From: Candidatus Latescibacterota bacterium
Lineage (GTDB): Bacteria > Latescibacterota > UBA2968 > UBA8231
Assembly: GCA_965206595.1 (NCBI GenBank)
Contig: OZ242214.1
Coordinates: forward strand, 2,144,001-2,208,000
Length of the DNA: 64,000 nucleotides
Reading direction: 5' to 3'
How positions within the stretch are numbered: the stretch's first letter is position 1; every line of letters starts with the position of its first letter. The translations under genes and the position numbers were made by a program. This document shows, in pieces, positions 1-9,527 of the stretch. The notes beneath the pieces are model-generated. The model was given only the letters and a program-made list of their open reading frames with translations. It searched no databases and was not told where the DNA came from.

Positions 1-1201
1 AGGAATCGCTGAAGACGTTTACCATGGTGCGGAACATGTCGAGCGGCCGGTCGATCGCCAGCATGAAGCCGACGATGAGATCGACGTTCGGTCCGCGGAG
101 CCCCACCGACTCCAGCACGATGAAGATGATCACCAGGCCGGCAGAGGGCACCGCGGCCGCCCCGATCGAGGCGAGAAGCGCGGTCAGGACCACGATGGCC
201 TGCTGGCCGAAGGCGAGGTCCGCCCCCAGGGCCTGGGCGATGAACAGCACCCCGACGCACTCGAAGAGCGCCGTCCCGTCCATGTTGACGGTTGCCCCCA
301 TCGGCAGCACGAAGGACGCCGTGCGGTTGGAGACGCCGACCTTGCTCTGAACCGTCCTCATCGTCACCGGCAGGGTGGCCCCCGACGAGCTCGTCGAGAA
401 GGCCACGACCAGCGGGTCGATCATGTTGCGGAAGTGGATGCCCGGACGGATGCGCCCCAGCAGCAGGAGCAGCAGCGGCAGGGTGACCAGGATGTGGATG
501 GACAGGCCGGTGGCTATGGTGGCCCAGTATTTGGCCAGAGGTCCGAAGGCGCCGAGGCCGAACTTGGCCACCGCGGCGGTCATCAGCCCGAAAACCCCGA
601 GCGGCAGGAAGCGGATGATGCCGCTCGTCAGCGCCATCATCACCTCGAAGGCCGCCGCGAAGAAGCCGGCCAGCAGCTCCTGGTGCGGGGACCGCAGGCT
701 GGCGATGGCGATTCCCAGCAGGATGGAGAAGAAGATCACCGCCAGCATGTCCCCCTGGGCGGCGGCGGCGAGGAAGTTCTGCGGGACGATGTCGAGCAGC
801 AGTTCGACCGGCGAGCCCGGGGTCTCCAGCTCCGGAAGCGCCTCCCCCTCGGCGGACCCGAGGTCGGCCCCGGCTCCCGGGAGGATGAGATTGACGAGGG
901 CAAGACCGGCGAAGATCGCCAGGGCGCTCGACAGCAGGTAGTACCCCAGGGTCTTGCCGAACAGCCGCCCGAGGGCGCGGCCCCCTCCCACCGAGGCGAT
1001 ACCGCTGACGATGGAGACGACCACCAGGGGGATGATGACCATGCGCAGCAGCCGCATGAACAGGGTGCCGAGCCAGCCCACCCAGGCCGCGGCGGTTTCG
1101 CCGCCCAGGAGGCCGGCGGCAGCCCCCACGACCATCGCGACGAGCACCTGCCAGTGAAGTTGCCGGTACCACGAGAGGGTGGTGTTCCTGTTTTCGGTCA
1201 T
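1..1201 (-). CDS. Dicarboxylate/amino acid:cation symporter (DAACS, GltP/GltT-like); 3' end runs off the window
   Basis: Not in the ORF track. Manual translation from ATG at 1201 gives MTENRNTTLSWYRQLHWQVLVAMVVG..., with DAACS motifs AFSTSSSGATLP, LPMGATVNMDGTAL, ASIGAAAVPSAG and DRPLDMFRTMVNV. Confidence 0.93.
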   Translation of the reverse strand, partial: MTENRNTTLSWYRQLHWQVLVAMVVGAAAGLLGGETAAAWVGWLGTLFMRLLRMVIIPLVVVSIVSGIASVGGGRALGRLFGKTLGYYLLSSALAIFAGLALVNLILPGAGADLGSAEGEALPELETPGSPVELLLDIVPQNFLAAAAQGDMLAVIFFSILLGIAIASLRSPHQELLAGFFAAAFEVMMALTSGIIRFLPLGVFGLMTAAVAKFGLGAFGPLAKYWATIATGLSIHILVTLPLLLLLLGRIRPGIHFRNMIDPLVVAFSTSSSGATLPVTMRTVQSKVGVSNRTASFVLPMGATVNMDGTALFECVGVLFIAQALGADLAFGQQAIVVLTALLASIGAAAVPSAGLVIIFIVLESVGLRGPNVDLIVGFMLAIDRPLDMFRTMVNVFSDS

Positions 1202-1238
1202 ATCGTTTGTCCCCGGGGTATCAGTGCGGTTTTCGGCG

Positions 1239-1265
1239 CCGGTCCATATTCCGGTCCATATTATA
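1239..1265 (-). promoter_or_regulatory. Putative -10 box (TATAAT) of the symporter gene, overlapping a 12-bp tandem duplication
   Basis: Minus-strand TATAAT at 1260-1265. CCGGTCCATATT occurs twice, at 1239-1250 and 1251-1262. Confidence 0.45.
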
Positions 1266-1338
1266 GTTGAGCATTGACCCTCCATTCAGCAGAAAGAGCC
1301 GGCCTTCCCTGCCGGCGCTCCGGAGGTGCCGAATCCTC

Positions 1339-1480
1339 ATGAACGAAGCCTCGGCGCGCATCAAGATCAACAAGCTGCTCGAAGCAGCCGGATGGCGTTT
1401 CTTCGCCGAGGGAGACAACCCCGCCAACATCCGCCTCGAACCGAGTCACGATCGCACCATCCGACCTCGACGCGCTGGGC
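1339..1480 (+). pseudogene. hsdR: N-terminal remnant of a type I restriction enzyme R subunit
   Basis: MNEASARIKINKLLEAAGWRFFAEGDNPANIRLEP, then a frameshift, then VTIAPSDLDALG. This resembles the start of EcoAI/EcoEI-like HsdR proteins; the rest of the gene is absent. Confidence 0.7.
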
Positions 1481-1556
1481 CGCGGCACGCTGACGCCGGA
1501 CGACAAGGGCGGCTGATGGTTACTCGCACCCCGCAGCAGGCCCGGCGGGGATACCG

Positions 1557-3866
1557 ATGCCGGTAGACGCCGAGACCCTGTTTTGCGCCGTGGTGCCGCC
1601 GCGGGTTCGGCGCGAACTGGCCGGGGCGGTGGCCCTCGACGATGAGATCCGCCTGGCGGTGGCCACTGATATCAAGCTCGACGGCCAGTACGGCGAGGCC
1701 TGGCTGTTGGCCACCGGCGACCAGCTGGTGGCCTTCAGCCCCGACGGCCGCGGATCTCCCACCATCGTCCGTCTTCCCCTGGGGGAAATAAACGGGGTGG
1801 AGGTGCGCGAGGATTGGGGCACCGCGGCCCTCAAGGTCCGCACCGGGAAGAAGGGCGCCACCATGGCCGTGTTCTCCAAGAGCCTGGTGCCGGCCTTGTC
1901 CGAACTGCCCGGTCGTCTGGAGAAGCTGGTCGAGGAAGCACGCCCTGCGGCGGCGGCGGGGCAGTTGCTCAAGGGCCGCCTGGCCGGGGCGCGCGGCGGG
2001 CGCAAGCGCTGCGACCGCTGCGGTCAGGTCATTCCGCGCCACTACGGCATCTGCCCGGCCTGCCTGGAAAAGGGCAAGCTGCTGTTCCGGCTGCTGGGCT
2101 ACGCCAGGCCGCACTGGAAGGCGATCGCCGCGAGCCTGTTGCTCATGGTGGCCGCCACCACCATCGGTTTGAGCCAGCCGCTGCTCCAGGGCATCCTCAT
2201 CGACGGAGTCCTCGACGGCGGCAGCGGGGCTTCGGACCTCGATATTCCCGGGTTCTCGCCCCTGTCCGGGGAAAATCCGCGGTCCGCCCTGGGCTGGCTG
2301 GTGGTCCTGCTCCTGCTCGTTTTTGTCTCCCGCAGCGGACTGTCGGCCCTGCGCAGCTACATCATGGCCCGCATCGGCCAACAGGTCACCTATGGCCTGC
2401 GCAACGAGGTCTATACCCATCTCCATGCCCTTTCGCTCAGTTATTACAACAAAAACGAGACCGGGCGCATCATGGCCAGCGTCACCCAGGACGTGGGCCG
2501 CCTGCAGGACTTTATCAGCGACGGCTTGCAGGAAGCCATCCGCGACGTTCTCACCCTGGCCATCATTTGTATCATCCTGTTTGCGCTCAATCCCGGCCTG
2601 GCCGCCCTGGTGTTGCTTCCCACCCCCTTGTTGGTGCTGGCGACGCTGCGTTTCGGACGGCGACTGCACGCCATGTACCGGCCCTTGTGGCGCCGTTGGG
2701 CGGGTGTAAGCGCCCTGCTCGCCGACACCATCCCGGGGGTGCGGGTGGTAAAGGCTTTTGCCCAGGAACAGCGGGAAGTGGGCAAATTCGAGACCCACAG
2801 CCTCGCCCTGCTCCGGGGCGAGCTCAAGGTGGCCTGGATGCGCAGTCTGTTCAGCCCGGTCATGACGTTCATCACCTCCATAGGCACGCTCGTTATCTGG
2901 TGGGTCGGAGGCCACAAGGTGTTGGACGGGGAGTTGCCTTTGTGGGCCTTTGTCGCCTTTACCGGGTACATGTGGCAATTCTACGGTCCGGTGGAAAGCC
3001 TGTGCCGTCTCAACCATCGCTTCCAGCGCGCCGCCACCTCGGCCGAGCGCGTCTTTGAAGTGCTCGATACCCATCCGGAGGTGATCGACCAGCCCGGGGC
3101 CATGACCATGCCGCCCATTGAAGGCCGGGTCGAATTCCGGGGGGTGCATTTCGGCTATGAAGAAGACAAGCCGGTCATTGAAGATTTGAATTTCGTGGTC
3201 GAACCGGGCGAAATGATCGGCCTGGCCGGCCACAGCGGCGCCGGCAAGAGCACCTTGATAAACCTCATCGGCCGCTTCTACGAGCCGCAGGAGGGGGCCG
3301 TTCTCATCGACGGCCGCGACACCCGCGCCGTGGCGCTCAAGTCGCTGCGCGAGCAGATCGGCGTGGTTCTGCAGGATCCCTTCCTGTTCAACGGCACGGT
3401 GGCCGACAACATTGCCTACGGCCATCCCGAAGCCTCCCTCGAACAGATCGTGGCCGCGGCCAAGGCCGCCAATGCGCACGACTTCACCATGAACATGGCC
3501 GACGGGTACGATACCCTGGTGGGCGAGCGCGGCACCCGCGTATCCGGGGGCGAGCGCCAGCGACTGTCCATTGCCCGGGCCATTTTGCGCGACCCGCGCA
3601 TTCTCATCCTCGACGAAGCCACCTCCAACGTCGATACCCAGACCGAAGCGCAGATCCAGGAGGCGTTGGAGCGGCTCGTCAAGGGGCGCACCACCTTTGC
3701 CATCGCCCATCGCCTGTCGACCCTCAAGAACGCCCACCGCCTGCTCATTCTCGAGCACGGCAGGCTGGCCGAGCTGGGAACCCACGACGAGCTGATTGCA
3801 CGGGACGGCATCTACGCCAATCTGTGCCGCATGCAGACTGAAATGTCCAGACTGAGGGCCTGGTAA
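1557..3866 (+). CDS. ABC exporter (fused permease/ATPase) with an N-terminal extension carrying CxxC...CxxC; DUF1854-associated type
   Basis: Walker A GHSGAGKST, signature VSGGERQR, Walker B LILDEATS, a multi-TM domain, and N-terminal CDRC...CPAC. Confidence 0.92.
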   Translation: MPVDAETLFCAVVPPRVRRELAGAVALDDEIRLAVATDIKLDGQYGEAWLLATGDQLVAFSPDGRGSPTIVRLPLGEINGVEVREDWGTAALKVRTGKKGATMAVFSKSLVPALSELPGRLEKLVEEARPAAAAGQLLKGRLAGARGGRKRCDRCGQVIPRHYGICPACLEKGKLLFRLLGYARPHWKAIAASLLLMVAATTIGLSQPLLQGILIDGVLDGGSGASDLDIPGFSPLSGENPRSALGWLVVLLLLVFVSRSGLSALRSYIMARIGQQVTYGLRNEVYTHLHALSLSYYNKNETGRIMASVTQDVGRLQDFISDGLQEAIRDVLTLAIICIILFALNPGLAALVLLPTPLLVLATLRFGRRLHAMYRPLWRRWAGVSALLADTIPGVRVVKAFAQEQREVGKFETHSLALLRGELKVAWMRSLFSPVMTFITSIGTLVIWWVGGHKVLDGELPLWAFVAFTGYMWQFYGPVESLCRLNHRFQRAATSAERVFEVLDTHPEVIDQPGAMTMPPIEGRVEFRGVHFGYEEDKPVIEDLNFVVEPGEMIGLAGHSGAGKSTLINLIGRFYEPQEGAVLIDGRDTRAVALKSLREQIGVVLQDPFLFNGTVADNIAYGHPEASLEQIVAAAKAANAHDFTMNMADGYDTLVGERGTRVSGGERQRLSIARAILRDPRILILDEATSNVDTQTEAQIQEALERLVKGRTTFAIAHRLSTLKNAHRLLILEHGRLAELGTHDELIARDGIYANLCRMQTEMSRLRAW

Positions 3867-3869
3867 CCC

Positions 3870-4382
3870 ATGCAACAGCGCTATGGTTTAACCGATGAAG
3901 TGACCTATCTCGACCCGGACAAGGCGCGGTTTTTCATCGACGCCTTCGAAGACCTGAACCTGGAGCTGGCCGGGGATGGGACCTATGCCGGGGTCCGCGT
4001 CAAGCGGGCTTTTCCGCTGACCCGCGATGACTGCTTTATCGTCGTCCAGGACCGCGAGGGCGGGGAAATCGGCTCTCTGGCCCGGCTCGACGAGCTGGAC
4101 CGGGCCAGCCGTCAAGTGGTGGAAGGAGAGTTGGAGCGCGCCTATTTCACTCCGCGCATCCAGCGCATCACCAAGGTGACAGTGGCCTACCGGGTGCCGC
4201 GCTGGGAGGTGGAGACCGACCGCGGGCCCCGCGCCTTTGAAATCTATTCCAGCCGGCGCGATATCCGCCATCTGGGCGGCGGGCGGGTACTGGTGCAGGA
4301 CGCCGACGGCAACCGTTACGAGATTCCCGACTACCGGCGCCTGGAGCCGGCCAGTCGGGCCCTGGTCGAGGAAATGGTGTGA
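3870..4382 (+). CDS. DUF1854 domain protein
   Basis: Motifs VKRAFPLT, YFTPRIQRI, WEVETDRG and DADGNRYEIPD; starts 3 nt after the ABC gene. Confidence 0.85.
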   Translation: MQQRYGLTDEVTYLDPDKARFFIDAFEDLNLELAGDGTYAGVRVKRAFPLTRDDCFIVVQDREGGEIGSLARLDELDRASRQVVEGELERAYFTPRIQRITKVTVAYRVPRWEVETDRGPRAFEIYSSRRDIRHLGGGRVLVQDADGNRYEIPDYRRLEPASRALVEEMV

Positions 4383-4478
4383 CAGGTGAATTGCTACGAA
4401 ATTTGACGCCTCCAAGGGCCGGAATTCCATTCCACTGGATCGCCGCCCCGCCCTCTCGGGCCCGAGCGAACTGAGATT

Positions 4479-5984
4479 ATGAGCGAGCAAACCACCTTCT
4501 TCGCCGACTCCGGCCTCCCGGCCGCCCTCGGCGACAACCTTCTGCGCTTCAATCCCTGGTGGGAAGAAGAGGCCATGCCGCCGCAGCCGGCGACCCGCCG
4601 GCACCTCGTGGGGCAGATGCGCCGGCGCCTCGATGCCGGGATCGCTCCAGTCGTCGTCGTCCGGGGACCGCGCCAGATCGGCAAGACCACGGCGCAGTTC
4701 CAGATGATCCAGGACCTGCTCGACGAGGGGGTGAACCCGAGGCGGATCCTTCGCGTCCAGTTCGACGACCTCGATACCTTGGGCAGATTGCCGGAACCGA
4801 TCCTGCGCATTTCGGACTGGTTCGAACGCCGCGTTGCGCCCAAGCGGTTCAACAGCCTGGCCCGCGACGGCGAGCCCGCCTACCTGTTCTTCGACGAGAT
4901 CCAGAACCTGAAACGCTGGGACGTGCAGTTGAAGTCGCTGGTCGACAACGCTTCGGTCAGGGTGGTGGTCACCGGAAGCTCGGCTCTGCGCATCGAGCTG
5001 GGGCGCGACTCTCTCGCCGGTCGCATCAATACGATCGAGGCTGGGGTTCTGTCTCTCACCGAGATCGGTGCCCTGCGCGGCCTGGGACCGCCGGCCCCCT
5101 TCCTCCAGGACAACGGCCTGGCGGACCTTCTGCAGAAGGGGTTCTGGGCCGGCCTGCGGGAATACGGGATCGACCATGGAGCATTCCGCGAGGAGGCTTT
5201 CCTTCATTTCTCCGAACGCGGCGGCTATCCCCTGGTCCATCGCGAGAAGGACATGGAATTCGCCCAGCTCTCGGATCAACTGAACGAGACGGTGATCAAG
5301 AGGGTCGTTCAGCACGATCTGCGCACCGGGGAGCGGGGCCGCAAGCGGGACGGGAATCTGCTGGAGGAACTGTTCCGGCTGGTCTGCCGCTACGCCGGTC
5401 AAACACCGAGGACGGCCACCCTGGCCGAAGAAGCCCGGCTGTCGCTGGGTGCGAACATCGGCTCCCATCGCGTCACCCAGTACCTGAAGTTCCTCGGGGA
5501 CACGCTCCTGCTGCGCCTCGTGCCCCCTTTGGAGATTCGGCTGAAGCGCAGACGGGGCAGTCCCAAGCTCTGCCTGGTCGACCACGGACTCAGGGCGAGC
5601 TGGCTTCAGGAGCGGATCCCCCTGGTGCCGGGGCTGCTTGCGCAGCGCCCCGAGCTCACCACCATGGCCGGCCACCTGGCGGAGTCTGTTTTCGGCTCGG
5701 TGGCAGCGACAATCCACGGCCTCGACATCGCCCATTTTCCCCCGCGAGGCACCGACCAGGAGGTCGACTTCGTTCTGACTGTCGGCAGCACCCGTATCCC
5801 GGTGGAGGTCAAGTACCAGAGACGAATCGATTCCTTCCGGGACACCCTGGGCCTGCGCTCCTTCCTGGAAAAATCCGTGAACAACGCCCCGTTCGGGATT
5901 CTCGTTACCCAGGACAACTCCGGGACGGTCGACGATCCGCGCATCGTCAGCCTGCCGTTGTCGACCTTCATGATGCTCCGCTGA
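4479..5984 (+). CDS. AAA_14 ATPase with C-terminal DUF4143 (PD-(D/E)XK-like) domain
   Basis: GPRQIGKTT, FFDEIQN, VTGSS, GGYP and EVDFV...IPVEVKY. Confidence 0.88.
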   Translation: MSEQTTFFADSGLPAALGDNLLRFNPWWEEEAMPPQPATRRHLVGQMRRRLDAGIAPVVVVRGPRQIGKTTAQFQMIQDLLDEGVNPRRILRVQFDDLDTLGRLPEPILRISDWFERRVAPKRFNSLARDGEPAYLFFDEIQNLKRWDVQLKSLVDNASVRVVVTGSSALRIELGRDSLAGRINTIEAGVLSLTEIGALRGLGPPAPFLQDNGLADLLQKGFWAGLREYGIDHGAFREEAFLHFSERGGYPLVHREKDMEFAQLSDQLNETVIKRVVQHDLRTGERGRKRDGNLLEELFRLVCRYAGQTPRTATLAEEARLSLGANIGSHRVTQYLKFLGDTLLLRLVPPLEIRLKRRRGSPKLCLVDHGLRASWLQERIPLVPGLLAQRPELTTMAGHLAESVFGSVAATIHGLDIAHFPPRGTDQEVDFVLTVGSTRIPVEVKYQRRIDSFRDTLGLRSFLEKSVNNAPFGILVTQDNSGTVDDPRIVSLPLSTFMMLR

Positions 5985-6097
5985 ACCGCGGCCCCTGTCG
6001 GACGGCGGCTGCCCGGAGGCCTTGGCCGCCCGCCCCACTCCCGGCAGCGCCGCCCGGCCAAGGGTTCGCCGGGACATCACGGCACCCAAAGGAGAGT

Positions 6098-6754
6098 ATG
6101 GGCATGCCCTTTACCGTCTATTTCGCCGGCGACCTGTTCGACCACAAGCACCTCATCGGCAACGCCCTCCTCGCCGATGCGATCGCGCGCCATTCCGACG
6201 GCCGCTACACCTGCGTCATCCCGCAGGATCTAGAGCAGTCCACGGGGCGGGCAGCGGACATCCGCAACCAGGACCTGAAGCAGGTGATGGCCTGCGACCT
6301 CGGGCTGTTCAACTTCGACGGCACCGATCTCGATTCCGGCACCGTGGTCGAGTTCATGATGGCGAAGTTCCTCGACATCCCCGCAGTGGTTCTGCGCTCG
6401 GACTTCCGCTCCTCCGGGGACCAGGACAAGGACGGCGACGACTGGAACCTGATGTGCTCCTTCTACCCGCGCGTGCGCCAGGTCCGGTTCAACGCCATGG
6501 CCTGGTACCAGGAGGCGCGCGCCGGCGCCGCGGACACCGATGACTGCTCGGGCAGGCTGTACGCGCGGGTCGCCGCCGCGGTCATCGAGCAGTTGGACGC
6601 GGTCCGCGCCGAGCCCCCGGTGCTCGATAGCGGCCGGGTGAAGGAGCTCTACCGCTGGGCGACCCGCTTTCCGGGAGAGGGCTTCGAAGCTGCCTGCGGC
6701 CCCGGTTTCGTCGAAAAGACGATCGAGGCCAAGCGCCGCAAGGGGCTGCTCTGA
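6098..6754 (+). CDS. Nucleoside 2-deoxyribosyltransferase family protein
   Basis: VYFAGDLF, PQD, DLKQVMACD and DGTDLDSGTVVEF; GGAG RBS at 6091. The true start is far downstream of the listed 4559 ORF start. Confidence 0.85.
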   Translation: MGMPFTVYFAGDLFDHKHLIGNALLADAIARHSDGRYTCVIPQDLEQSTGRAADIRNQDLKQVMACDLGLFNFDGTDLDSGTVVEFMMAKFLDIPAVVLRSDFRSSGDQDKDGDDWNLMCSFYPRVRQVRFNAMAWYQEARAGAADTDDCSGRLYARVAAAVIEQLDAVRAEPPVLDSGRVKELYRWATRFPGEGFEAACGPGFVEKTIEAKRRKGLL

Positions 6755-6824
6755 AGGCAGCCTTTCCCCGTCCGGTGGTGCAGTTGAAACCGCCGGATCC
6801 CCCAGTCGGGTTGGAGTTCCACCC

Positions 6825-7010
6825 GGGCGGGACCGCGACTGGACGGCGCTCATCCACCTCAACCCGGAGGCCGGGCGCACGGGAACCCGGTACGAGCTCT
6901 ACGACCGGCGCCGCGACCCGCTTGAGCAGAACCACAGGGCGGAAAAGCTGCCGGAGGCGTCAGATCGCCTGGAGCTCGCCCTTCTGCGGGAGCTTCTCCG
7001 GTTGTGCTGA
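6825..7010 (+). pseudogene. C-terminal remnant of a sulfatase-like gene
   Basis: The frame reads RDWTALIHLNPE...RYELYDRRRDPLEQNHRAEKLPE...RLELALL*, matching the ELYDxxxDPxExxN sulfatase tail. No start codon or catalytic domain. Confidence 0.55.
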
Positions 7011-7094
7011 TCCCTTGCTCGCCCCGCGTCGGCTGAGCGTGGGGGAACGGGGTTGTCATTCTTTCACTAAAATCAAACAAATTAATTTTTTGCA

Positions 7095-7122
7095 TTGAAA
7101 TTTTCATATTATAGAATATAAT
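7095..7122 (+). promoter_or_regulatory. Sigma70-type promoter with an overlapping near-palindrome (possible operator)
   Basis: TTGAAA (7095-7100), 16-nt spacer, TATAAT (7117-7122), within an AT-rich island. TGAAATTTTCA at 7096-7106 is near-palindromic. Confidence 0.7.
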
Positions 7123-7143
7123 TACGCTTAATATTTGAATTTT

Positions 7144-7549
7144 ATGGAGCTTTGACATCAAAGACTGGAAAGAGCTGACCGACCTGACCAAGGGGGCGCC
7201 AATCCTGGTGGAGAGGGTCCTGCTGCCGGACAGCGGCATCGCGATCGAAGGAGAATTCGAGCCCCCCGCGCTTGCCCGTCTTTCCGAAGAGGATCAGGTA
7301 TTCGTGATCGCCTTCGTCCAGGTCCACGGCTCGATCAAGGAGATGGAGCGGATATTCGGCATCAGCTACCCGACGGTGAAAAACCGGCTCAACCGCCTTG
7401 CGGAGCAGCTGCAGCTCGTCGAGACCGTTCACCGGGCCGGGAGATCTGCCGGGAAACCACGCCCGAATCCGGAATCGGTGGCGGTGCTCGACAACCTGGA
7501 AAGCGGCGAGATCGACGTCGAAGAGGCGGTGAGGAGGCTCTCCGAATGA
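7144..7549 (+). CDS. DUF2089 family HTH protein; start region apparently frameshifted
   Basis: IEGEF...LARLSEEDQVFVIAFV..HGSIKEMERIFGISYPTVKNRL plus a C-terminal SHOCT-like helix pair. Removing one T at 7151-7153 gives MELDIKDWKELT; the alternative is an ATC start at 7157. Confidence 0.8.
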
Positions 7550-7824
7550 TCCTGCCGCCTGCCTTCCTCAGGCTGCACCTGCGCACTGAAGAGCGCCGTG
7601 TGCGGCTCTGGCTGCCGCTGGTGCTGCTGTGGCCGGTGGTTGCCGCGATACTGCTGCTGGCGGCACCTCCCGCGGTTCTCGCGGCGGCGCTGTCATGGCA
7701 TCGCGGTTGGGGCCGCCCCATCCTGCGGGTCATCCCCTTGCTTGTGTACCTGTTTGCCTCGCTGCGCGGCCTGCGCCTCGATCTGGCCACCGGCGATTGC
7801 CGCCTGTTCCTCTCTATCGATTAG
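7546..7824 (+). CDS. Small membrane protein of the DUF2089 operon
   Basis: ATGA overlap with the upstream gene; hydrophobic segment RLWLPLVLLWP. Confidence 0.75.
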   Translation: MILPPAFLRLHLRTEERRVRLWLPLVLLWPVVAAILLLAAPPAVLAAALSWHRGWGRPILRVIPLLVYLFASLRGLRLDLATGDCRLFLSID

Positions 7825-7833
7825 GAGAGCGCA

Positions 7834-8790
7834 ATGACGGAAGAACAGCGAAGAATCCTCGAGATGCTGGCGGAAGGGAGGATTACCGTAGACGAGGCGG
7901 AGCGTCTGCTGAAGGCACTGCAGGACTCCGGGCGCCGCGACAGCGGCGGGCAGGACCACCTCGGGGGCGAAGAAAGCGGTACCCATGGCGACAGGGACGG
8001 AGAGGCGTCCATGCACGACGACACCTTCGAAGTGAACGCCAACCCGAGCCTGGAAGTGCGCGGTTTCAACGGCCGCGTCCGGGTCACTGCCGGAAGCCCC
8101 GGATCGATTCGCGTGCGGGCGAAGCTGAAGAACCCTCACCTGGTCGAGTACAGCGCTGTTCAGGAAGGCGACCTCGTCACTGTCGAGGCCAGGCCGGCAC
8201 GCCGGTCCGGGGGGCTCCTGTCCGGCCTCTTCGGGGAAAACACCGGAGCGAACATCGAGGTGGTGGCGCCGGTCGCCTCCCGCGTCGAACTGGAGACCAG
8301 CAACGGGCCCGTAGAGCTGATGGGAACCGAGGGGGGCGGAAGGTTGCAGACGGCAAACGGACGCATCAAGGTCGAGAGCTCAAAGGGGGATCTCGACGCG
8401 AAGAGCAGCAACGGCGCGATAACGATCAGGACTTTCCAGGGGGCCGCGGAGCTGGCCACCTCGAACAGCCGCGTGGCCATCGAGGACGGACACGGCCGCT
8501 TCGATGCGCGGACGACCAACGGCTCGATAAAGTTTCAGGGGAGCATCGAACCGGGAAGCCCCAGCCGGCTTGCCACCTCCAACGGCAGCGTCAAGGTGAC
8601 CCTGGATTCAGAACCGAGCCTGAGGCTGGATGCGTCGACGGTAAACGGCCGGGTCCGCTGCGGGCTGCCCGGCTTCGCCGCCTCGGTCGATACCGGCCGC
8701 AAGCTCGAGGGGACCGCGGGAAAGGCGGAGGCCGAGCTGACCCTCGAGACCAGCAACGGCTCCATTGCGATCCAGCCCTACAAGGATTGA
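7834..8790 (+). CDS. SHOCT-like + DUF4097 (Toastrack) beta-strand repeat protein
   Basis: EEQRRILEMLAEGRITVDEAERLL followed by repeated T(S/A/T)NGxI units; AGGAG RBS. Confidence 0.88.
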   Translation: MTEEQRRILEMLAEGRITVDEAERLLKALQDSGRRDSGGQDHLGGEESGTHGDRDGEASMHDDTFEVNANPSLEVRGFNGRVRVTAGSPGSIRVRAKLKNPHLVEYSAVQEGDLVTVEARPARRSGGLLSGLFGENTGANIEVVAPVASRVELETSNGPVELMGTEGGGRLQTANGRIKVESSKGDLDAKSSNGAITIRTFQGAAELATSNSRVAIEDGHGRFDARTTNGSIKFQGSIEPGSPSRLATSNGSVKVTLDSEPSLRLDASTVNGRVRCGLPGFAASVDTGRKLEGTAGKAEAELTLETSNGSIAIQPYKD

Positions 8791-8819
8791 AAGGAGTACT
8801 AAGGATTGAAAGGAGTACT
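8782..8819 (+). repeat. Perfect 19-bp tandem duplication spanning a stop codon and RBS
   Basis: AAGGATTGAAAGGAGTACT twice. Confidence 0.95.
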
Positions 8820-8820
8820 C

Positions 8821-9240
8821 ATGAACGAGAACAGCAGACGCGTGCTCGAGATGCTGGCGGAGGGCAAGGTGACCGTCGACGAAGCGGAGCGCCTGATCTC
8901 CCTGGTCGACGAAGAACCCGTGGCCGCAGCATCGACGCAGCAGATAGCGCACCTGGCCCCGGGAGCGGCGAGATTTCTGAGAGTCACCATCGACTCGGAG
9001 GGAGGGGAGCACGTCGACGTCCGGGTGCCCCTGGCCCTGATCAAGGCCGGAGTCAAGCTGCACACCCTGCTGCCCGAGCAAGCGGCGAAAGGAATCACGA
9101 AGACGATGAAGAAAAAGGGCATCGACGTCGACCTTCACGACCTGCGAACCGATGGCCTCGAGCAGTTGATAGATGCACTGAGCGAAATCGAGGTCAACGT
9201 CCAGGACGGGGAGGACAAGGTCCGGGTCTATTGCGAGTGA
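8821..9240 (+). CDS. SHOCT-like domain protein (YvlB/LiaX N-terminal type)
   Basis: ENSRRVLEMLAEGKVTVDEAERLI...VDVRVPLALIKAG...DKVRVYCE; AAGGAG RBS. Confidence 0.82.
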   Translation: MNENSRRVLEMLAEGKVTVDEAERLISLVDEEPVAAASTQQIAHLAPGAARFLRVTIDSEGGEHVDVRVPLALIKAGVKLHTLLPEQAAKGITKTMKKKGIDVDLHDLRTDGLEQLIDALSEIEVNVQDGEDKVRVYCE

Positions 9241-9527
9241 TCCCTGCATGGAGGTACGGCGGTCTCCGTCGCCCATGCTTGGGGGCCGTTTGCGAAAAAC
9301 TGTAAACCATGTTCCCGGGCTCTTGCGACGGGTATGTATCCGACCGCCCAACGGCTTGCTGGCGACAATCGAAGCCGCCGGAGAGGGCTGAACTCGATAA
9401 CCCGCCGGATACCGGAGCCAAGCGTAGTTCGACGCGGCTCGGAGGAGGCGTTGACGACAACAGTCTGTTGTAAATGACGTGGAGGCTATGCGAGGCGCTG
9501 GAACTGCGGGGGGTTACCTTGCCTTCC

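Noticed and set aside
9457-9471. Palindrome ACAACAG-T-CTGTTGT, resembling abutted IS ends or an operator
   Set aside because: Single short occurrence, with no associated transposase or target duplication identifiable.
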